Below are positions 56,895-64,000 of a stretch of 64,000 nucleotides of DNA, one piece after another. Within the stretch, counting starts at the first letter, position 1; each line of letters starts with the position of its first letter. The DNA comes from Aquificaceae bacterium. GTDB lineage: Bacteria; Aquificota; Aquificia; Aquificales; Aquificaceae. Under the pieces are notes generated by a model. The model was not told the origin of the DNA. It did not search any database and saw only the letters and a program-made list of their open reading frames with translations. The position numbers and the translations under genes were made by a program. The stretch spans positions 160,001 through 224,000 of the forward strand of contig JAXSNR010000002.1 in NCBI GenBank assembly GCA_037925075.1, read 5' to 3'.

Positions 56895-58886
56895 TTATAT
56901 AAGTTTTATGAGTTCCCTAAGCTGTTTTATCTCATCTCTTATCTTTGCCGCCTTTTCAAACTCCCACCTTTTTGCACATTCCCACATTTCCTTTTCTAGC
57001 TTGTTTATACGTTCTATGAGGTCCTCCTCTGAAGATATGTCCTTAGGAAGCTTGATGGGAAGTTTTACATAGTCCAGTTCTTCTATTGCAAGCAGTTCCT
57101 TTATAGGCTTTACTATGCTCTTTGGTGTTATGCCATGCTCTTGGTTGTACTTTTCCTGAATATTTCTTCTTCTGTTGGTTTCTTCTATGGCTCTTTTCAT
57201 GGACTCGGTGATCCTGTCCGCGTAAAGTATGGCTTTTCCGCTTATGTTTCTTGCTGCACGCCCTATGGTCTGTATAAGGGAGGTGTAGCTTCTCAAAAAG
57301 CCCTCCTTGTCCGCTTCAAGTATGGCAACAAGAGACACCTCCGGAAGGTCAAGGCCTTCTCTTAGAAGGTTCACGCCCACTATGACTTCCACAGTACCTT
57401 CCCTAAGCTCCTTAACCACCTTTGCCCTTTCTATGGCATCAAGGTCCGAGTGCATGTACTTGGCTTTTATGCCCCTCTCATTAAGGTATTCTGAGACCTC
57501 TTCCGCAAGCCTTTTGGTGGTGGTCAAAACCAAAGCCCTTTCTTTACTTTTTTTCCTTTCTTGAACTTCTTTTATGAGGTCCTCTAACTGGTTTCTTGTG
57601 GGACGCACCTCCACCACAGGGTCAAGAAGCCCCGTAGGCCTTACTATCTGCTCCACGATCACACCCTTGCTTCTTTCAATTTCCCAATCTCCTGGTGTGG
57701 CGGACATGTATATGATCTGATTGAGCTTTTGTAAAAACTCCTCAAACTTTAAGGGTCTGTTGTCAAGTGCGGAAGGTAGCCTCCAGCCATACTCCACCAA
57801 CTTTTCCTTCCTTGAGCGGTCTCCGTTGTACATGGCTCGGATCTGTGGGATAGTCACATGGGACTCATCCACTATAAGAAGGAAGTCATCGGGAAAGTAA
57901 TCAAGCAGTGTAAAGGGCGGCTCACCGGGTTTTCTACCGTCAAAGTACCGAGAGTAGTTTTCTATTCCCTTGCAATGCCCCAACTCCCTTATCATTTCCA
58001 TATCGTGCATGGTTCTCTGGTAAAGCCTTTGGGCTTCCACCAGCTTACCTTGAGCCTTGAACCACTCCACCCTTTCCTTTAGGTCCCTTTCTATCTGCTC
58101 AAGGGCTTGTCCAAGGGTTTCTTTGGGTGCCACGTAGTGGCTTGCTGGAAATAGAACCACCTTTTTGAGGTCCCTTATCTTGTTCCTGTTGAGTGCATCC
58201 ATAAGGCTTATAGACTCTATCTCATCATCCCAAAACTCTATCCTCAAAAGCTGGTCTTCCATGTCGGAAGGAACCACCTCAAGGGCGTTGCCCTTTACCG
58301 CAAAGGTTGCCCTCCTTATTGCGTAGTCGCTCCTTTCGTAGCCTATTTCCACAAGCCTTCTGGTAAGCTTGCTAAGGCTATATCTTTGACCTATTTCAAG
58401 GGATATTCTCATAGAGTAATAAGCCTCCGGCGAGCCAAGGCCGTATATGCAAGATACAGAAGCAACCACTATAATATCCCTCCTTTCAAGAACCGAGACG
58501 GTTGCTGAGTGCCTGTATCTTTCTAAGATCTCGTTTATGCTGGCGTCCTTTTCTATGTAAAGGTCCTTTTCTGGTATGTAAGCCTCCGGCTGGTAGTAGT
58601 CGTAGTAAGAGATAAAGTACTCCACCGCGTTTTCTGGAAAAAGCTCCTTTAACTCCCTATAAAGTTGTGCGGCGAGTATCTTGTTATGGGCTATTATAAG
58701 GGTGGGCTTGTTGTACTTTTCTATCACATTGGCTATGGTGAAGGTCTTGCCCGTGCCCGTGGCACCCAAAAGCACCTGCTCTTTAACACCAGATTCTAAA
58801 TTTTCAAGAAGCTCCCTTATTGCCTTCGGTTGGTCTCCTGCAGGTTTGAAGGAAGTTTTCATACAAAAGCCTGTTGTAGCCTTCAT
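56895..58886 (-). CDS. uvrB: Excinuclease ABC subunit B
   Basis: [35 protein letters not shown]-terminal UVR domain; start re-called at ATG 58886. Confidence 0.98.
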   Translation of the reverse strand: MKATTGFCMKTSFKPAGDQPKAIRELLENLESGVKEQVLLGATGTGKTFTIANVIEKYNKPTLIIAHNKILAAQLYRELKELFPENAVEYFISYYDYYQPEAYIPEKDLYIEKDASINEILERYRHSATVSVLERRDIIVVASVSCIYGLGSPEAYYSMRISLEIGQRYSLSKLTRRLVEIGYERSDYAIRRATFAVKGNALEVVPSDMEDQLLRIEFWDDEIESISLMDALNRNKIRDLKKVVLFPASHYVAPKETLGQALEQIERDLKERVEWFKAQGKLVEAQRLYQRTMHDMEMIRELGHCKGIENYSRYFDGRKPGEPPFTLLDYFPDDFLLIVDESHVTIPQIRAMYNGDRSRKEKLVEYGWRLPSALDNRPLKFEEFLQKLNQIIYMSATPGDWEIERSKGVIVEQIVRPTGLLDPVVEVRPTRNQLEDLIKEVQERKKSKERALVLTTTKRLAEEVSEYLNERGIKAKYMHSDLDAIERAKVVKELREGTVEVIVGVNLLREGLDLPEVSLVAILEADKEGFLRSYTSLIQTIGRAARNISGKAILYADRITESMKRAIEETNRRRNIQEKYNQEHGITPKSIVKPIKELLAIEELDYVKLPIKLPKDISSEEDLIERINKLEKEMWECAKRWEFEKAAKIRDEIKQLRELIKLI

Positions 58887-58905
58887 AAGCTTATAATTTA
58901 AAGCG

Positions 58906-59925
58906 GTGAGGGTACTTTTGCTTACAGAAGGCTCATCCACAGTAGGGCATGGACATATAACAAGATGTTTGTCTTTATATCAAGCCTTTGAGCTTTTGGG
59001 ACATGAGCCGATTATGATGGTTGCGGGGGACCATTCTGTAAGGGGCATTTTGGAAGGGAAAAACTATGTAATCTTTGACTGGCACAAGGGATGGAAAGAG
59101 GTCCTCAAAAAGCTTAAAGACTACCATGCGGTGGTGGTAGATTCTTACATGGCAAGAGAAGAGATATACGAAGATATAAGTCAAGTTGTGAGTTCAAAGC
59201 TTTACATAGATGATTACAAAAGAATAGACTATCCTTCTGGAGTTGTTTTAAACGGCAGTATATACGCCTACGAGCTTGACTATCCGAAAAAGGAAGGTGT
59301 TAGATACTTTCTTGGACCCAAATATGTACCTCTCAGGAGTGCCTTTTGGAAGGTGGGCAGAAAAAGGATAAGGAAAAGACCTAAGCGTATTCTCATAACC
59401 TTTGGTGGAGATGATTTAAGGAATATGACACCAAAGGTACTTAGCTTGCTTAAAGAAAACTTTATCGGGCTTGAGTTTCTGGTGGTTGTAGGAAAGGGCT
59501 TTAATAACCGTGAGCTTATACTAAGCATGGCGGACGCAAGGACAAAAATCTTTGAAGGGCTTACCGCAGAAGGTATGAGAGACCTTATGCTTTATGCGGA
59601 TATGGCAATAAGTGCAGGCGGGCAGACTACCTACGAACTTGCAAGGGTTGGCACTCCCGCAGTCCTTGTGGCGGTTGCGGAAAATCAGCTTCTAAACTGT
59701 AAGGGATGGGAAAAGGCGGGCTTTGCCATCTACGCGGGCTGGTGGGAAGAGGGAAAACTCTTTGAAAAAATACTTACCTACACGGAAAGGCTGGTGGATT
59801 TTGAGCTAAGAAACGCCATGAGCAAAAAAGGGAAAAAGCTTGTAGACGGACAAGGTGCAAAAAGAGTTGTAAAGGAGCTTACCCTTTCAAAGAAACCTCT
59901 CCCTTTATCATACCCATTACAATAA
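58906..59925 (+). CDS. pseG: UDP-2,4-diacetamido-2,4,6-trideoxy-beta-L-altropyranose hydrolase (PseG-like)
   Basis: [38 protein letters not shown]. Confidence 0.8.
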   Translation: MRVLLLTEGSSTVGHGHITRCLSLYQAFELLGHEPIMMVAGDHSVRGILEGKNYVIFDWHKGWKEVLKKLKDYHAVVVDSYMAREEIYEDISQVVSSKLYIDDYKRIDYPSGVVLNGSIYAYELDYPKKEGVRYFLGPKYVPLRSAFWKVGRKRIRKRPKRILITFGGDDLRNMTPKVLSLLKENFIGLEFLVVVGKGFNNRELILSMADARTKIFEGLTAEGMRDLMLYADMAISAGGQTTYELARVGTPAVLVAVAENQLLNCKGWEKAGFAIYAGWWEEGKLFEKILTYTERLVDFELRNAMSKKGKKLVDGQGAKRVVKELTLSKKPLPLSYPLQ

Positions 59926-60979
59926 TATCCTTCCACCTTCCATCCTTAAAAACAAACTCTCTGAGCCTACCCTCTTCCTTAAAGCCCATACGTTTGTAAA
60001 GGTCTATAGCTCTTTGATTATCTTCTATAACTTCAAGCTTTAAGGTGTGCAATTTTGCCACCTCAAAGGCAAGTATTATGATGGATTTTCCAAGAGTGAG
60101 ACCTGTAAAAGGAATTTTTTCTTCTGGGTTGGCATACATACCAAAATATGCGTTAAGGTTGCGAAAATCCACCCTGTTTAAGTATAAGACACCTATGGGT
60201 TTTCCCTCTTTGTATACCAGATAATAAAAATCCCTTCTGTTGTGCTTTAAACTCTCTATAAAATTCCTGTGCTCCTCCTCAGTTATCTCATGGTCTGTAT
60301 ACATCCATTTTCTAACCTCAGGATGGTTCCTCCATCTTCTTACCATATTTATCTCTTCTTCCTTCAGGTTCACAAAGTTTTTGAGTAGCACGCTTCCAAG
60401 CTCTATATTTCTCTTTAAGCTCTCTGATGGGTGTATCCCATCCCTTTTCTCTGATAAAGGGTTCAAAGATGTGGTATTCTCGTTTGTAGTGTCTTGACCC
60501 CCCCCGTGTTGCCTAAATGGCTTGATTTCCATATTTTTTATTTTATCCCAGTTTTCTTTAAACAGCCTTTGAATTTCCTCGTGAAGTTTCAGATAGGAAC
60601 TTCTTAAAGTTTCCTTCTCCTCGTCTATAAAAACCTCCTTCTGTAAGAGTATGGGACCCGTATCCACGCCCTCATCTACAATATGAATGGAAACGCCCTT
60701 TGGTGTATCCTCCAAAAAGCTCCACACATTGGGATAATACCCCTTGTTGTAAGGAAGAAAGGATATGTGAAGATTTATTATCCTTGGGTAGTAAGACCTT
60801 ACCACTTCCTTTGGTATTATGTGCTTGTAGTTGTAGCTAACTATAAACTCTGGGTCTATTGTTCTTACAAATTCTAAGTCTATCCTTTCTTCGGTGTATA
60901 TGACTTCCTCACCCACACCTTTTAAAAATTCAACCAGCCTTAGGCTCAGTTCATTACCACCAAGAAATAGGATTTTCAT
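59879..60979 (-). CDS. pseH: Sugar N-formyltransferase fused via G8 tract to PseH-like GNAT N-acetyltransferase
   Basis: N-half INLHISFLP, GVSIH..DEGVDTG; C-half LKNFVNL..WRNHPEVRKWMY..EHRNFI..N.RAI.LY..GF. Confidence 0.85.
   Translation of the reverse strand: MKILFLGGNELSLRLVEFLKGVGEEVIYTEERIDLEFVRTIDPEFIVSYNYKHIIPKEVVRSYYPRIINLHISFLPYNKGYYPNVWSFLEDTPKGVSIHIVDEGVDTGPILLQKEVFIDEEKETLRSSYLKLHEEIQRLFKENWDKIKNMEIKPFRQHGGGQDTTNENTTSLNPLSEKRDGIHPSESLKRNIELGSVLLKNFVNLKEEEINMVRRWRNHPEVRKWMYTDHEITEEEHRNFIESLKHNRRDFYYLVYKEGKPIGVLYLNRVDFRNLNAYFGMYANPEEKIPFTGLTLGKSIIILAFEVAKLHTLKLEVIEDNQRAIDLYKRMGFKEEGRLREFVFKDGRWKDIIVMGMIKGEVSLKG
60498..60505 (-). repeat. G8 homopolymer (C8 on plus) at the formyltransferase/PseH junction
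   Basis: Plus strand ...CTTGA CCCCCCCC GTGTTG... Confidence 0.95.
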
Positions 60980-61662
60980 GTTATTTTCCTAACGAGCTTA
61001 AAAGCTTCTGCATAATCAACACCTACCTGCATTCCTCTTAACCTTGCCAAATACTCTACACCTTCTACAGACCTTGGATGTGGATATGTCCTTAACTCAC
61101 TTTTATAGCAACTTAGAGCCTCAATTTTTTTCTTAATATGCTCCTCGGAAAGTACAAAATAAGTGTTTGGTTGGAAGCTTAGAGGATAGTTCCATTCGGT
61201 GGAAGACAATACTTCGCATGAATATATCTCCTTAACAGGGCTTAATGGTTGAGGTCTTGTAGCAGTCAATACAGCTCTATATGTTATCTGATGATCTATA
61301 TTGAGATCTTCTTTGTGGTGTGTGAATATAACTTTTGGACTTAACTCATTTATAACCTTCTCAAGAACCTTGATAATATCAAGTAAAGGCACAGTGTCAA
61401 ATCTATTATCTGGAAAATCATATAGGAAAACTCTTTTTACGCCTAGTATTTTATTGGCTTCAATTGCTTTTTCTTTTATTTCCCTAAGTTCTTTTTCTCT
61501 TAGTTTAGGGTTCCTTTTTTCATCTCTTGAAGTAATACCTTCACCAAGTATAACAGTATATACATCAAAACCTTCCTCTGAAAACCTTTTCACGGTTCCA
61601 CCGCAAGCTAACACCTCGTCATCTGGATGAGCAAAAACAAGTAAGACTGTATCGTTTTTCAC
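60976..61662 (-). CDS. PIG-L/LmbE family N-deacetylase
   Basis: AHPDDEVLACGG, DLNIDH, YKSEL..HPRS, AEAF; GTG 61662 (GTGA overlap) or ATG 61680. Confidence 0.9.
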   Translation of the reverse strand: MKNDTVLLVFAHPDDEVLACGGTVKRFSEEGFDVYTVILGEGITSRDEKRNPKLREKELREIKEKAIEANKILGVKRVFLYDFPDNRFDTVPLLDIIKVLEKVINELSPKVIFTHHKEDLNIDHQITYRAVLTATRPQPLSPVKEIYSCEVLSSTEWNYPLSFQPNTYFVLSEEHIKKKIEALSCYKSELRTYPHPRSVEGVEYLARLRGMQVGVDYAEAFKLVRKIT

Positions 61663-62384
61663 TCTTCTTTTAATGACCATTTTTTAAAAATCATTTCCCT
61701 TGTTTTGTCATATCCAATATTGAAAAGAGTATCAAAAAAGCACAACCAAGGCACAAACTCTTTAGCACCTTTTTGTGGATAAGTCAATATTTCCGGATCG
61801 TGAAATAAAACCTTTATGCCCCTAGCTTCGAAGTATTCTTTTACACCATATACTCTGCCATTGCTTCCAGAGACATAAATACCGCCTCCTACCGCTTTCA
61901 TTATATTGTATAAATTTTCCACGCCCTTGGAATTGGGTATATTTAAATCTGTAGCTTTAACAATCTTATCCCTTATGTTAATGCCAAACATATCACACGC
62001 ATTCAAAATCGTGTGAATAATCGTCTCCGCATAATTGTATCTTGTTTTTTCTAAAACATTCTCCACATCTTTGTAGTATAGTTCTATATAACCCTCGTCA
62101 AAGTAGTCATGCTTTTTATATGCCTCTCGTAAGATATTTTTGTGTTTACTTACCCACTCGCTTCCTGCAATTACTGTGTCATATATTAAACTCCTACTAC
62201 TTGAAGCCACTGGTATAGTCAACCATTGTATTTTGCCGTTGTTGAGGATTCTATTTCTATTTTCCACTCCTCTTGCTTGCCTTTGAACGTTGTCTAGGAA
62301 AACAAACAAATTTGCATTACACAGCCTTTGGAAGTATCCGATAATAGGCAAGTATCTTGGTTGACTTATGACTACCGTTTTCAT
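61659..62384 (-). CDS. WbqC family protein
   Basis: SQPRYLP..GYF, FVFLDNVQ, NRNRI, WLTIPV, YPQ..F.P.L..FD.LFN; ATG 62384 (ATGA overlap). Confidence 0.88.
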   Translation of the reverse strand: MKTVVISQPRYLPIIGYFQRLCNANLFVFLDNVQRQARGVENRNRILNNGKIQWLTIPVASSSRSLIYDTVIAGSEWVSKHKNILREAYKKHDYFDEGYIELYYKDVENVLEKTRYNYAETIIHTILNACDMFGINIRDKIVKATDLNIPNSKGVENLYNIMKAVGGGIYVSGSNGRVYGVKEYFEARGIKVLFHDPEILTYPQKGAKEFVPWLCFFDTLFNIGYDKTREMIFKKWSLKEE

Positions 62385-63049
62385 ATTTTTCTGCATATAA
62401 CTTCCCATTCCGCATGTACTTCTCCGGTGATATGACTTTTTATCATTATTTCTTTAATATCAATTATGTCAAAGCCTTCAAGTGTATGTTTTAATTCTTC
62501 TATACCATAGAAATAAACATATCCTGTTCCTGCAATAGGGCCGCTTTCAGTTAACGCATACCTTTCATTTACTTTGTTTTTAGAAGTTATATAAGAAGTA
62601 TGGAATATAGAGTATGGATTGAAAAAGAAATATCCACCTCTTTTAAGGACTCGGTATACTTCTTTTATAACTCTCTTTGCCTCCTCATAATCCACGCATG
62701 TGATAGACCCTCTGTCAAAAACCAAGTCAAAACTCTCATCCTCGTAGGGCAGGCTTTCAGTAAAATCTCCTACCCTCAAGTCGCCCCTGACCCCAAACCT
62801 TTCAAATATACCTTTGGCCATCTCTATGGCTGTTTGACTACCATCTATGCCATACACGTTAAAACCCTCGAGAGCAAGAGCCCATAGGTTATTACCTGCA
62901 CCACAACCCACTTCAAGGATGCGAATATCTTTTCTTTCCCTATCCTTCGGATGATAACGCATAACGAAGCTGATGATCTTATCGTAGGGATATCTGGCGG
63001 TTTGAACTCCCTTTTTCCTCAAGTCTTCCCATAAGGTTTGAAAACTCAT
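62381..63049 (-). CDS. Class I SAM-dependent methyltransferase
   Basis: ILEVGCGAGNN, GIDGS, FDLVFD, VLKRGG. Confidence 0.9.
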   Translation of the reverse strand: MSFQTLWEDLRKKGVQTARYPYDKIISFVMRYHPKDRERKDIRILEVGCGAGNNLWALALEGFNVYGIDGSQTAIEMAKGIFERFGVRGDLRVGDFTESLPYEDESFDLVFDRGSITCVDYEEAKRVIKEVYRVLKRGGYFFFNPYSIFHTSYITSKNKVNERYALTESGPIAGTGYVYFYGIEELKHTLEGFDIIDIKEIMIKSHITGEVHAEWEVICRKI

Positions 63050-64000
63050 AGCACGACCTCCAAAAAACTTATTCCACTTGTATGAAAACTCTCCAGTTTT
63101 CTCTCATATTCACTAACTCCATGTCTGAAGTTTGTTCCAGAGTAGTATACAAACATTTTATCATACTTTGCCAGTGGCTCGTTTGCAGTGGTTATCATTC
63201 CACTATCCCACTCTCCTTCCTTTCCAAGGGGTATAATCGGTTCTTCAGAGACAAGCTCCCACTTTATGCAGTCTTTGCTGTACGCTAAATAAACCTCTAT
63301 CTTGCCCTCATGGGTGCCCTTTTGAATCTCATAGTCTATCATAAAAAGCCAAAGAAAGCCAAGATAGTGGTCTTTGTAGTTAAAGGGGCACAAGCCATAA
63401 AAGTCAGACCACTTAAAGCCTTTTTCTTGGGCTATTCTGTCTTCTTTTTCTGATGGTATCCATAGGGTTTTTGGCTTGCTCCAGTTTATAAAATCCTTGC
63501 TTATTGACATGCCAACGCAACGTCTTGTTCTTCCTTGCTTGTCTATCTTGTAAGTTTTTACCATGGCTCTGTAAACTTTCTTTCTTTTGTCATAAAACAC
63601 CGGTGCCACATCGCTGTACCATACCTTTCTTGTCCTTTTGTTTGGGAATTTAAGCAAGGGTATAACCGGATTATCTTTGTATTCCTCAAAGTTTATTCCA
63701 TCCTTTGAGAAAGCTACGCAGTATCCCTTGTCCGTGTAGCCAAATAGTTTGTAGGGGTACTCGTCTTCTGGTCTGTATATAACAGAGGGTATATGATAGT
63801 TTGCCACCACATTGCTCATGCATTCAAGGGACTGGGTTTTGTGGTAAAAGTCCAAAATCTTACCTTCTACCTCCACGGTTGGGTATAGATGTGCCACCGA
63901 TTCCTTCAAGGGTTTTATTAAAGGCTTTTTCCAGTTTATGCCATCCTCTGATTCCGCAAGGCACACAAAAAACCCAATACCATCCACATAGCTCTGGTAA
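63046..64000 (-). CDS. Five-bladed beta-propeller glycoside-hydrolase-like protein, 5' end outside window
   Basis: Repeated Asp-boxes SEDGINW, SKDGINF, SKDFINW, SKDCIKW; GEWD; frame open to the window edge. Confidence 0.7.
   Translation of the reverse strand, partial: YQSYVDGIGFFVCLAESEDGINWKKPLIKPLKESVAHLYPTVEVEGKILDFYHKTQSLECMSNVVANYHIPSVIYRPEDEYPYKLFGYTDKGYCVAFSKDGINFEEYKDNPVIPLLKFPNKRTRKVWYSDVAPVFYDKRKKVYRAMVKTYKIDKQGRTRRCVGMSISKDFINWSKPKTLWIPSEKEDRIAQEKGFKWSDFYGLCPFNYKDHYLGFLWLFMIDYEIQKGTHEGKIEVYLAYSKDCIKWELVSEEPIIPLGKEGEWDSGMITTANEPLAKYDKMFVYYSGTNFRHGVSEYERKLESFHTSGISFLEVVL

Overview
Gene-dense 64-kb chromosomal segment of a thermophilic bacterium, most likely Aquificaceae (Hydrogenobacter/Thermocrinis-like). 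This placement is inferred from PspA, the NusG insertion, the extended S19 and the RpoB/RpoC insertions. The centre (19.3-42.9 kb) is an intact translation/transcription superoperon: tRNA-Thr-Tyr-Gly-Thr, tuf, rpmG, tRNA-Trp, secE, nusG, rplKAJL, rpoBC, rpsLG, fusA, tuf and the S10 operon up to rpsQ. The flanks carry housekeeping genes (ileS, serS, tyrA, pyrC, hom, rpe, alr, tmk, leuB, ffh, uvrB, lptD), a putative electrophile-detox operon at the left edge and an AT-richer pseudaminic-acid tailoring cluster at the right edge. Most notable observations: (1) a G8 tract followed by a stretch open in two meaningful frames, which toggles a sugar N-formyltransferase between its apparent native C-terminus and a fusion to PseH; (2) the rpmG stop codon shares its last base with G1 of tRNA-Trp; (3) a zero-spacer tRNA-Tyr(CCA end)/tRNA-Gly junction; (4) C33 in tRNA-Val(GAC); (5) many apparently leaderless genes, including bidirectional -10 elements; (6) a probable CTG start codon. 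No CRISPR array, transposase, integrase or rRNA was seen. All calls come from motif reading only; no database searches were run.
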